Of a stretch of 64,000 nt of DNA, positions 27,965-43,129 are shown piece by piece (position 1 is the stretch's first letter; every line of letters starts with the position of its first letter). This stretch comes from the human T2T-CHM13v2.0 reference genome, Homo sapiens. The notes beneath the pieces are model-generated. The model was not told the DNA's origin and did no database searches. It worked only from the letters and a program-made list of their open reading frames with translations. The position numbers and the translations under genes are program-made. Where the stretch lies: assembly GCF_009914755.1 (NCBI RefSeq), contig NC_060935.1; one strand, 5' to 3'.

Positions 27965-30390
27965 TAATACCCTAGCTTTTTCATGTGTATCAACTCAGAG
28001 TTGCATCTCTTCTCTTTCCACAGCCCATGGTCTTACTCTGGGCTTTCAAAACCACTCATGGAACCTGGACGCACATTGGATGTCCCGATGTTGATGCTGC
28101 CAAAGGACTGTGAAAGAAGAGAATTTGCCCTTAGCTGGTGCAAAACTGCCTGGAATTCAAATGAACTGCTCTTGTTACTCACAGGGGAGGCAGTGGGGGC
28201 CACCAGTAGCACAGCAAGGGAATCTGTGTTCATGAATTCTGGCTGGCTTTCTGTCCAAATGTTTCATTTGCATATAGCTAGGCAAGTCTCCATCTGTAAT
28301 TTGGAGATGCTGATTGTAATGACCCAAGCTGGATTTGAGGAAGTACACAATGAAGCATCTAGTAGGATACTGGACAACAGGAGGAATGTAAAGTAAAAGA
28401 GTTACGGTGATGGCCTGAGATGAGATGGAGAAGTAAAGTATAAGATATTGGCTCTGTCTTTCTATACTTAATTAATGATAATATCACATTATACTTAGTG
28501 GACAATCCAAGACAATGACTGAATTAGATTGATTCACCCTCAAATTAATATTTTATATTCTCCCAGACCCTTATCTTGAATATTACACCTGAGTATCATT
28601 TAAGCCTGGATTTCTGGGACAATCATAACAATTTCTAAGGGCATGGGGAGAATGTGCTGCAGCAATTTCTCAACTGGCTTGTCCCTCTTTGATCAGAATC
28701 TGTCTTCGTTGGGCAAATAGTGAAGTGAAGGAAGGAGCTGGTGAGCCTCCAGCAGTAGATATCTGTTGTATTAGGAAGTTAGGATGTTTCAGTTTCTAAC
28801 CTCAGTGAAAAAGCACAAACTTTGAAAGAAGCAAACTTCCTTCAGGGAAATGAAACCTTCAGATTAATCTTCTATTGAAAGGATTAGTGACTAAATTCTG
28901 CTGATCAAAAAGGCATGAGGCACCAATTCATCCAATTCACTCCCTTATTGTGTTACTATGATCTTGCCCAGTCTCTGAAACTCAGAGCTCAGTTTTAAGT
29001 TTATTTTAAAAAAGTGATCAAACCACCCTTTAAACCCATTGTTTGCATAAACATACTTTTAAAAAGGAATGTTATTTTTCTCCTGAGAATTTGTTGAAGG
29101 AAGTGGGGGTTTTTGTTATAACAAACCTAGCTCATTACAGAACTGGTGTCTTAACCTTCAAGACTGAATAGTGATGTTTATATTCTCATTGGATGGTGGT
29201 ACTTCCTGTGTTTTATGAGAATATGTTGAGCTTTTATGCTGGTAACTGAGGGTAAAACCCAGGTAAATAAACACCATAGAAAGCCGAAATTGAAGGGTGT
29301 ATGTGTGTGTGTGCGGTATTTCAAGCAGGAAAGCACAATTCTTTTAAAGCAGGAAAAGAAAAAACAAAACAAATGTCTCTTAAAAGCACAAATGGACAAG
29401 TCATTAACCAGCTCCTTTGGTCTTGTGTAACAAATCCCTTCAAAGGATTAGAGGGGGACTTCAAAGGAATAAAAATTCTCAAAACCAGACAGCTAATGAC
29501 TCTTAAAAGGGCATTTGCGTTGACAGGAAAATGATATCTTAAACACCCCTTACTCCCCATGTTAACGCTGAAGAATGGGTGAGGGATAGAAAAACATTCC
29601 AAACCAGTACGCGGCTCAGAAAACAGATGCGGCCAATGCTCATTAGAGCTCTGGTTCCCTGACCCCAAACCCTTTTAAGACTCTGCTAAAAACTACGAGA
29701 CTCTACTCCCCAGAATAATTCACCTATACACAAAATGGTGCATTAACTTTCGAGGTTCACATGTCCCCATCGGTGGACCCCGAGGAGGGGTACACCTACT
29801 CAGATTTACTCCGGATTTCGCTGCTCTAGAAATCCCTGGAGGCCCAGAGCCAGCTCCGAGGTGGACGGTCGGACCCCTCACCCGCCCGTTATCCGCAAGG
29901 CTGGCAGCGGCTCCACCTGCGGACCGGGAAGGCGGCCGTTGGGGACCCCGGAGGCCGCCACTTGGAATGTTCCCCTTTCCAAGACCAAATGGACAAAGAG
30001 AAAGGACCGAGAAGGAGAGGGAAGAAGGGAGCAGAGTCAAGCCCAGAACGCTCTCCGGACTGCACCTGCGCGCCTCCAGGCTCTCCTCGTGCCTGCTCCC
30101 GTGCAAACTTTCTGGCCCGTGGTGGCTTTGGGGAGCGTCCCAGTAGCCTGGAGTGGCCCGCAGAGGCGCCGGGCCGACCCCTGTCCCTGCCGCCCGCCGC
30201 CCAGTCCCTCTCCCAGAGCCCCCGGAATCACCCGGGAGGAAGGAGGAGCCCAGCGCTCGGCACAGGGGGCCAAGGGCACGCCGCGAGCGCGCACCTGGAG
30301 CCCCCTCGCGGGCCGCCCGGGTCCCCCCGACGCTCCGGGACGCGAGGCCGTGGACACCGGGGGTGGCAGGGGCAGGGGGGCCGCACTTAC

Positions 30391-30431
30391 TCTGAAGGGT
30401 CCAGGCTCTTCCTTTCGATGGCCGAGGACAT
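30391..30431 (-). CDS. LMO2: LMO2 start of the 158-aa isoform (coding part of exon 4)
   Basis: ATG at 30431-30429 gives MSSAIERKSLDPS plus GA, then donor GA|GTAAGT at 30391/30390. 41+216+220=477 nt, i.e. 158 aa plus stop. Confidence 0.98.
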
Positions 30432-30631
30432 TGGGGAGGGAGGCGGGGTGCCGGGCGGCGGGGGCGCTCCCTTTGTGGCGCGGGGCTGGCCGGCTGCCGG
30501 GGCTCGGACCCCCTCGGGTGCTCGGGCGCCGCCGCCGCCGCCGCCGTCGCCGCCGCTCCTGCGCCTCCGCTTGCTCCGGCGCTCCGCCGGCGAGCTCGCC
30601 CCTCCGCGCTCAAGGACAGTCACCGCGCTCC
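30391..30631 (-). CDS. LMO2: LMO2 exon 4 as fully coding in the 227-aa long isoform
   Basis: Acceptor tctctctttggcgtttgaAG|GG at 30632/30631. Open frame GSAVTVLERGGASSPAERRSKRRRRSGGDGGGGGGARAPEGVRAPAAGQPRATKGAPPPPGTPPPSP-MSSAI. Confidence 0.9.
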
Positions 30632-30754
30632 CTTCAAACGCCAAAGAGAGAGAGCGAATCACCGGGCTGCGGGCGCGCCGCGGCCGAGGCGGGGGCCGGG
30701 GCGCGCAGCCTGGCTCCAGGCGGCTGCAGCTGCTGCTGCTGCTCAGGACTTAAC

Positions 30755-30761
30755 CTTCCAT
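30755..30761 (-). CDS. LMO2: LMO2 long-isoform start (ATG GAA G) at the end of exon 3
   Basis: gaccggGATGGAAG|GTTAAGT. Joined to exon 4 it gives MEGSAVTV. 7+241+216+220=684 nt, i.e. 227 aa plus stop. Confidence 0.88.
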
Positions 30762-31032
30762 CCCGGTCCCGCCGCCGCCACCGCCCGGTCCCTCTCGCGC
30801 GCTGTCGCCGGCTCCGCGCCGCCCGCGGGGATGGTGTGCGCCCGCCCGGCCGCCCGGAGCCCCTCGCACCTTCGGCCCGGGTCGCGGCGCGCTGCTCGCC
30901 GCCGAGGGCAGAGAGGGGGCGGCGGCCTAGGGGCGGGGAGGGGACCGTGCGTCTCTCTCCGGGCTTCCTCCTCTCTCGGGAAGGTCTATTTTCGCTCAGC
31001 TTCCCTCTGTCTCTGGTTTCATTTCCTTTTTC
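30755..31032 (-). other. LMO2: LMO2 exon 3 (mostly 5' UTR)
   Basis: Acceptor tgatcAG|GAAAAAGG at 31033/31032 and donor AAG|GTTAAG at 30755/30754. Matches the LMO2 mRNA 5' UTR as I recall it. Confidence 0.82.
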
Positions 31033-31489
31033 CTGATCACGATTCAAATACAATAGAAGGAAATCACATTTAAAGAGACAGCTGCCCGGTCCCCCCACCT
31101 CCCCTTTTTTCTTCCTTTTTTTTTTTTTTTTTTTAAACGGGGCTCCTGGGGATTAGCAATACAAACAGCAGCATCAGGACTGACTTGGCTTCTTAAAGGG
31201 GCCAGTGTCGGGGACGGGGAGAGCCGCTCAGCGAACACCTCTCCTTGGAAAGGAGGCTGGGCAACCACTAAATCATTCTTCAGGGCTTCCCCTCTTCCGC
31301 CTTTCCCTTTTGGTTTAACTAAGGCAGAAAGTAACCCACGAACAGCTCGAGCAAGCAAGAAAAGACAAGAATGTGAAATAAGCACCTACAGAAATGCAAG
31401 TGTTCCCAGTGGATTTTCCGCCCGTCCCAGGTTCGAGGTCCCAGGTCCACGGACGCCGTGCACTGGGATGCCCCGGACAGCGCGGCTCT

Positions 31490-31556
31490 GCGGGCTGCGG
31501 GCTACGGGCTGCGGGCCCCAGGCTGCGGGCTCCGGGCTGCGGGCTCCGGGCTGCGG
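31490..31556. repeat. GC-rich 7-bp tandem repeat (CGGGCTG)n
   Basis: cgggctg cgggcta cgggctg cgggccc caggctg cgggctc cgggctg cgggctc cgggctg. Confidence 0.9.
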
Positions 31557-32245
31557 CCGCGCTCTGCAGAGGCGATGGTGGTGCGCCAGCCGGGACTGCA
31601 CGGGCTGGGGACGCCTAGAGCAGAGCCAGGGCAGCTAATCCCAGAGGGAGGGTGGCTGGGAGGGACCACGCGGGGCCGGGGCTCCTCTCAGTCGGCTGGT
31701 GGCGGAATCCCCTCCCTCTGCACCTTTCAGAAAGCGGACTCCTGCGGTTAAACTGCCCCCCATGTAAAGTGCCAGTAGTATCCCGACCAGAGAAAGTGCT
31801 TTTTCAATGGTCAAGAACAGGATCAGAGAGATTATTTTGCCCTGGGTCAGGCACAGAGAAAGAAGGCGGACTTGATTTGGGGGTTCAGGCTTCCCCCTCT
31901 CAGCCTCCTTCTAGAAAGAGGCAGGAACGCAGAGGGGAAGCGGGGGAGGCTAGTAGTTTGCCCTTCCGTGGAGAAAAACTTAGGCTCTCCTGGGCCTCAG
32001 AGTTCCTTGAAAATATCTGCGTTCAGAAGCTGAAAGGCCTATTTGTGCGTGATGCCAGTCATTAAGGCTTGTAAAGAGGGAACGTACTTTCAGGATCCAT
32101 GGTTTTATATGATCAGTCTGGATCATAGGCATACATTTCTGTTCCCATTTTAAGGATAACCAGAGTTTACTACTGCCTGCATGCTCTTGTCATTTTCTGG
32201 TCCCTGTGTCCCAAGGCTTGGGTCCCTAATGGGTATAATCAAAAG

Positions 32246-32247
<2 letters not shown>

Positions 32248-32287
<40 letters not shown>
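32248..32287. repeat. (TG)n microsatellite
   Basis: About 20 TG units. Confidence 0.97.
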
Positions 32288-32290
<3 letters not shown>

Positions 32291-32354
32291 AAAGGAAGCC
32301 TTAAGAGCAAATTTTTGTCCTAGTGGAGACTTCAGTATACAAAAAGACTTTTTC

Positions 32355-32696
<342 letters not shown>

Positions 32697-32998
32697 TTAG
32701 GCAAGCCTAAACTATGTGATAAATATGTAACCTACCACACTACTTTCATTTCTAACAGAAATGAAAATAAATATATAGGTTGTGATGAACAGTTTACCTA
32801 CTTATAACCAGTCAATGTGGTGGTTAAACGCTGGAATTTTGGAACCCAACTGCCTGGGTTTGATTTAGACTCTTACTTATCAGTTAGCATGTCCTAGGAA
32901 AATTATTTAATCTGAGGAGGCAGTATGCGGTAGTAGCTCTGGAGTCAGACTACCTGGATTCTAACCCATCCTTGACCAGCTGTGTCAACCTGGGCTCA

Positions 32999-33409
<411 letters not shown>

Positions 33410-33776
33410 CTAAGTTATTGTGGGGATTATATGAGTTAGTGCACAAAAGGGTGGCACATAGATTTGTAATGGCATGGGGGTAATAACAGATATGAAGTTG
33501 CTTGCATGAAAAGCAACTGGTATATAGTAAGCACTCATAAATGGCAGCTGCTATGTTATAGTAAAGGGCATCATTAAGATAATTTTAAAAGAGCTTGAAA
33601 TTAAATTTAAAGGTGAAATGGGGGTTTAAAATAAGAATTGCCCACCCAAATTTGGAAACTATTTCCTGTTTTTTAAAAGCAGGAAACAGGATTCCTTCAC
33701 CTCACCCCCTTCTTCTCCTAAATAAAACATGTAAGTGTTTTCCATTTTAACGTTCATTATCGTGGTGACTAAATGA

Positions 33777-34108
<332 letters not shown>

Positions 34109-36291
34109 CATCTGCTTGTTTTTATTTAATCTGATAAATTATTACTTTCCTTGTCACAGTTTTGCATGGGGCTCAAGTCAGTTTTTAAATTAAATATATC
34201 CTTGGGTTCCAAGAGGTAACCTCAGAACAGCCAAATTCAGGGCATAACGTTTCTTTTTAATAATATGCTTCTACTTTGACCTGAGTGTGTAAAGAAAAAG
34301 AGATTACTGCATATGACTTTGGGTCAGTTTCTTATCTTTCACAACTCTTTGGGGAGAACTTCCTTAGAGAAGGTGAATATTTGAAATGGTATCTTAAGAT
34401 TTCAATTTCACACACAGTGGTTGTAAGAAATAACTGCCTACCGGTGGGATTTCATTCCTATTCAACGGGCAATTAAATTGCTCAAATTTAAGTTTAACAT
34501 TTAGAATCAAGTCTCAAAATGTGTTTTTATTATGAATAATTTTAAAGCAATCATGACCTTATTGTATCCTCCCTTAACAACTAGTACATGCCTTATGCAG
34601 AAGAGAGACTCAGGAACTATGAGGTGATTGGGACATGTAAAACGGTTCTTTTAAAAGTTGAGAAAATCTCTATTTGATCCCTGCCAGTGGGACTGAAATT
34701 TCATTCCTTTTCCCTTTCCCCCAATTCCTTGCAAATCTTAAATATCCTAAAATCTAGAAAATGTTCAAGTTTTCCTTCCTGAATAAGAATGCTAGAAGAA
34801 GAATGAATCAATCTACACGATGGCTCTGACCCCAGATGGATCATTTTTTTCCCCTGTGGGCATTTTCTATCCTTTTTGCTTATTACATTTACAATTGTTT
34901 TCTAAGGGAACAGCAGTTTCAAGTGACTAAGGTTACATTCCTTTGCTAAAATGGACTTCTGATAGAAATGAAAATGCAAATATAATTGAGAAGATCCCAA
35001 CATTATGATAATTTACCTCTCTTTTTTTTTCAACCATTAGAAGCCAAGTTGCAACATATGCTTTGTCACTTGTGACATTCATATACAAAAATATGACATT
35101 TTGTTTCTAAATGTGGCATTCAGGAACAAAAATAAAGACCTGTCTTAATAGGGTTTCGGCTCCCATGGAGAATTTTTTTAAACTATTCGGTTGTCACAGG
35201 CATCCTGTGCTCAGACTCATTTCAGAACATTTCAGGGCCAGCTGACAGATAAGTTTTCACAGATGTAAGGCCTATTAGTAACCTTAGTGATAAACAGATT
35301 CGGTTTTCTATATAGTAAAGAGCCCAAAATACATCTTTTAAAAAATCCATTTCAACCGAGCCTTAGGATGAGCATAGAAGCTCAGCTGTTTGCTAGCTGC
35401 GTGATCTGGGGGAATTTACTTCACTTCTCTGAACCTCAGTTTCTGTACCTATCAAATGGAGGATGGAGGCAATCATAATGTCACCAGGGCCAGAACTAGG
35501 ATGAGGCCACTGGGGTGCCTGCTTGCCTCACAGGAGTTTTGAGAGGAGTCAATAGGATATGTATAAAAATACTTTGCACAGTGATGCTGCACAGTAAATG
35601 GTCAGAAACGATAGCTGTTGGTATTACCCCATCTTTCAGAAGTAATCACCACTGTATCAGGAAGCAACAATCTCCCAGCCAATCAGGACATCCACCAAAG
35701 AGTGCTGAGACTGGGGTGCTGTAGAAAGAGCTGAAGTTCACCTAAGACCTCGGCAAGCCTCAGGCCAGAAATGCAGGGCTGTGCCCATTTCGGGGCCTGG
35801 GTAGGCTGCTGACAGCTTCTCTGCTTCTCTGCTACACTGCTACACTGACTGCTTCAGCCACATCCCTGATTTCATCTGATTTTCCCCTCCAACAACTTTC
35901 AAACCACCATTTATAATTTAAAAAAGAAGCCAAACAAAGCACTGAAGGAGCCGCCCCCAAATGTCACCATTCCTCAGTGAGTTCTTAGCAGTGTTAAGCT
36001 CATAGTGTGTCCTAGTGGAAGGGGCCTGAGAAGTGGGATTTTCTAGCTTGCTCCTTGGAGCAGTAGGAGTTTGAAAGCACCTCCCTAGTGGGTGTCACCC
36101 ACCCCTGCTCCCACTGCAGCAGTTCTGCATTCATTGACCTTGGGCATGTTGCCCAACCTCTCTGCATTTGAGCTTCCACATCTGTAAAGCGGGAGTATTC
36201 AGAGTACCTACTCGTGGAGCTGTTCTAAGGATTCTGTGAAATGAAGCAGATCAGGTGCTTGGAGAGGAAAGTGGCACACAGTCACCTTCTA

Positions 36292-36644
<353 letters not shown>

Positions 36645-36959
36645 GTTTGAGCACCCATTGATAATTCAGACCCTTTGATGGACAAAGCAAATGAGACATA
36701 CAGGGTCAACAGCTCCTTCTTCCACCTCAGGCCATTGTCAAACCTTCCCCCACCTTCTCCTTTGGGTACCAAACCCTGGGCTTTATTTGCTGCTTCAAGT
36801 TCAAGGTGGGAGTCAGAGCCAGGTGAGCTGACTCACTGAGCTGTCTTTGTGCTCTTTGTTTAGGCAGCCTGTCTCCTCTCTGTAGCTATGCAGAGGTGCC
36901 ACACCTGAGTGACACACCACAGTGCCTGGGACCCCGGCACAGTATATTTGAGATCCAAA

Positions 36960-37475
36960 TTCACTGTGGCCTGGAAGGCCCTATTATCTGGCCTCTGCTG
37001 CCCCCCTGTCCTTTTCTCCAGCATGCCCCTTCACTCTGTCTGCCTGAACCACACTGGCCTTCTTTCTGGTTCTTAAAACAAACCAAGCTGACTCCTACTG
37101 GAAGGCTTTTGCACTTGCCCTTTTCTCTGCTTGCAATGCTTTCCCCCTGGATCACCCCATGGCTCCCATGTACTTCATTCAGGTCTCTGTTCAAATATTT
37201 CATCCTCAGAGGGCTTTATAAAATCCTTCTTCTCCTCACTCTCCATCCCCGTTATCCTTCTTTGTTTTTCTTCCTAGCATCATCACTATTTGCTCTTTAC
37301 TACAGATGTATGTGCAGGGTTTTGGTGTGTGTTTTGTTTTGGCCTTTCCTCCCAGCTAGAATGTAAACTCTGTGAGGGTGGAAACTCTTTCTGACCTGTT
37401 CCCAGTTGTGTCTTCAGCACCTAGAACGTGCCTAACGTGTGGCTGGCCCTCAATAAATATTCATTAAAAGAATGA
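36960..37475. mobile_element. L2 fragment
   Basis: ctagaatgtaaactc...ctcaataaatattcatt. Confidence 0.75.
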
Positions 37476-38441
37476 CTGTACAAATGGCAGCACCATTCCC
37501 CTTGGCCAAAGCATGCCTGCATGATGCCCTCTGGGTGAAAGTGTAGAAGGAACTTCAAGGTCCTTTGTTTTTCTTGAGCATCATTACTGGGAGAAGAATA
37601 ATGGTCCAGATACCATTTATATTTGGAACCAAGAGTTTGGTTTGGGAAAGAGATCAGGCTCTTGGCTCCCAGGAACAGAGAAACAGGTGGTGTCTGGAAT
37701 TAACAAGGCCACTCTTTGAAGCCTGACTCTCCACTGCAGAACCTCTACCCTCTACAAGGACTAAAGTGTAGAATGCAGTCAATCATATGAGTAAAAGCAA
37801 AGGCTTTGGAGAGAGAAAGGCTTGTGTTTGAGTCTTGGCTCCTTTAAGTACATGGTTTTAGGCAAATTATTTAACAGCCCTGAACCTCAGTTTCATCATG
37901 TGCAAAACAGGGATAACAATATCTTCATTATGGGGTTGTAGGAATAAAATGAAATCATGCATGCCAAATGCTGAGCCCAGTGATCAACATAGAATAAGTG
38001 CTCAATGGATGGCAGCTATTATTAGAATTAACTAAGCAAAGAGAACCTCAGAGGACAATAGTCAACCAGGGCAGGGCTTTCTTGGCTGGACATAGATGGA
38101 TAAGTGGAGTTCTGCCCTACAAGGGCTTAGTTCAAGTAAGGTGGGGTCAACATTCTTGCCTGGGGAACGGAGTGTCTTGTCTTACCTCTCCTGGTATGGT
38201 GGCCTCCATGGGACAGGTGAGTTAGGTTCACAGAGGCCTGGCCCAGGCTCACATTCAGGAAGGCAACATAAAGAAGGTGCCAGAAGCCATTCCTGGCCAT
38301 TGGCTCTTCAGAGTCACGTGTCTCTGATCTAAGCCATTGCACCCTAGACAGGCTTTCTATTGGAGGAAGTGGGGAGGATGAGGACAGGTCGCTGCTGGGG
38401 CAGCTGTGTTTTCTGGCATCTGGGCCATCAAAGGGCACTGA

Positions 38442-38811
<370 letters not shown>

Positions 38812-40149
38812 CTGTCTCCAGATTCTTAAGCGACAAACCTCAGCAGGAAGGAGTAGAGCTGGAATCTTGTTAATGATGCTCCCTAGGAATGCCCATTGTT
38901 GAGGGAGGTATCCTTTGGCAAAAAAAAAACAGAGAAAGAGCTGCTTGTTTTTTCTGCCAGTTTTTGCTGCTTCCCTTCAGTCACCCCTCATGTGTTTTAC
39001 TGCCACACTAACTGATCTGGAATACTGTTTTCTTCCCTGTCAACACCATGCTCAAGAATTTGCAATAGTTCCCTATCGTCCATGACCATCCACAAGTTGC
39101 TTAACCTCTTGAGACCTCAATTTTCTCATTTTATAGAGAAAAGAGGCAGACTGGAAGGTTAGAGCTGAAATTCTATGTGTGATTCTGTCATTCTAGCAGG
39201 TCGAGACCAAATTTCCCATGCTTCCATTAAAGGCACCCTGTAATCCTGCTCACTCCATTGATCCAACTTTACATCCCACAGTCCTGGACCCTGAACCTTC
39301 CCATCCAGCCTGTTCTCCTCTCTGATCTTAAATATCCTGCTTGTGCCATTTCTGTGCACTGTGTTACTCTTTTCTCTCTATCGGGGATGTCTGCTTTCTC
39401 CCTGTTCTAAAGCTTTGGTACTAGAATAGTAGAGTGATTAAGAGTAGAGGCTTTGAGATAAATAAACCTGGCTTCAAGTCTCTGCTTTACAACTTACTAT
39501 CTGGGTCATCTTAGGAAAATCTCTGAGCTTCAGTGCTTTGAATGATAAAATACAGACAATGATAAATGTAGGGTTAGGAGTAGTCATTGAGATAATGTAT
39601 GCAGTGGGCAGAGCACAGTGCTTGGAACATAGTAGGTGCTCAGTAAATGGCAATGATTATTGCAGTTAGTACAAATTCCTCTCCAGTCTTCTCTGCTTCT
39701 CCAAATCTTGTCCAATGTGGACCCAGATCAAGCTACATCTTTACCCTGAAGGTTTCTCTGTCCCCTGAAGCTCATGGTGGTGATCCCTTTCTGAGTTCTT
39801 ATAGCCCTTGGTCCTAGTGCCTAGCTAGGTGCCTCATTAGATTCTGCCTTGCAATGCAATAATTTCACGTGTGTGCCTGCAACATCTTGCCTTAAGTCCT
39901 TGGAGAAGAGAGACCATGGTTTTCATCTTCACTAGCTCCCAGGGTACTGATATAGATATGGAGATACTTAATCATTCCTTTTGAATTGAAGCCTTCAAAT
40001 ATCACATCCATGTTATCAATTGCCCAGTTCCTAGATTCACACTGATATTTACAAAGCCCTGAGTGTCTTTGCTTTGGTGAGGAAGGCCACTCCAGAATCA
40101 TTATTGAAGATAGCCCATGCATTGTCACAAACCTTTTAAAAACCTGGTA

Positions 40150-41835
<1,686 letters not shown>

Positions 41836-42974
41836 CCCCACACGCCCCAAACAAATCTGACAAAAGTTAAAGACCATTCCCTAGGTGTAGCTCTGTTCCT
41901 ACATGCAAAATTTTACATATTGTTCCAGGGAGCTCACGGTCTTCTCAGGTTCATCTGTGGAACCATTCGACAACCAAATGTTATGGGGAAGCCAGTCTCA
42001 TGAGCTCCAACACATTCTTCAGTGCAATCAGTGGCAATCCCTGCCCACTTAGGACTTTTCGAATAGTGCTCATCCCTGACTTCTGGATAAACTTCTTTGC
42101 AGAAGCCCATTTGACTCCAAGGACAGAAAAAAAGAGTGCAGGTTGTTATTATGCAAAGCCACAGCATTAAGGAGCTCAATATTCTTCTAGATATCTGCCC
42201 TCCTGTCTGAGAATCCCATACTTAGAGTATAGCAGGTCCCATCTCCATTTGGGATGGTGGTGGTGGAAAAGGGGGCGTCTCTGATGAGCAGAGCATCTTT
42301 AATGCCTGCTCAGGCCAGAGCCCCTTTCCAAAGACTTCGAGACTGCCGTGGGCCTGCTGACTCCTCTCACGCTTTCAAGCTACAGTGCTTCCCATCACAT
42401 TGCAGAAGGCCGCCTTGGGTCATATCTCGCAAAGGAAGAGCTATTAACAAATATTCCATTTGTATTTCCTGCGTGGCCCTCCATCTGGAAATATCTTTTA
42501 TCTGGCAACTTTTGCAAAATGAACCAAATCTTGAAGGAGGTCTTGGCAGGTTTATGCTAGCCTCTCTATCACTCCAACAAGTCATTTCCATCCTCGCCTT
42601 CACAAGGGTCAAGCAATTGTGACTTGGGTTGGGAGACGGGGCTGGCACGGAATGGTAGCAAGTCATCTAGGCTCTGAGGCATCTTTTTAACCCTGAAAAC
42701 GTCCACTTGGAGGGCAAGAGCCAAATCTAAAAAATTATTATACACACTGTCTCTCAGCTCAAATATGTATGCTCTCACTCCAAGTTCAGATCACAATTTA
42801 CAATTCCGCATTTTGTAATTGTTAAGTGCAGTCTGGCTTCCCCAAAGACCTCAAGCTCATTCTGCCCAGGATTAAATCCAAGAGCCTTCTTAGCCCAGTT
42901 TCTGGCATGCAGGAAGCATACAATAATGGAAGGAATGAATGAATGAACAAATGAATTAATGAAACCCACCTTAC

Positions 42975-43038
42975 CTGCCTCTCCACTAGCTACTGCAAGT
43001 TCAGGTTGAAAAATATCTTCTTTTCAGAGCAGTTGTTA
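42975..43038 (-). other. LMO2: LMO2 exon 2 (64 nt, non-coding)
   Basis: Acceptor attttctttcAG|TAACAAC at 43039/43038 and donor GCAG|GTAAGG at 42975/42974. Confidence 0.85.
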
Positions 43039-43129
43039 CTGAAAGAAAATGAGAGGAACCCTCTGGTTTAGACAGCTAGAAGTAGAAAGGAGAAAGAGAG
43101 AGAAAAAAAATTCTTATCTTCAGTTAGAG

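Larger units (their letters stand above)
29770..31750. promoter_or_regulatory. LMO2: CpG island / LMO2 proximal promoter
   Basis: Very high GC and CpG density over exons 3-4, an Sp1 box GGGGCGGGG near 30930, and a cluster of GGAA/TTCC Ets cores at 30960-31070. Confidence 0.92.

Noticed and set aside
30724-30743. CTG/CAG run read as poly-Q (PEQQQQLQ)
   Set aside because: Only 4-5 units, intronic, and downstream of the in-frame TAA when the intron is retained.
29861-31036. 391-aa + strand ORF, plus 297-aa, 263-aa and 154-aa ORFs, across the CpG island
   Set aside because: Low-complexity R/P/G/A sequence is expected where extreme GC content depletes stop codons. There is no recognisable domain and the ORFs overlap real LMO2 exons.
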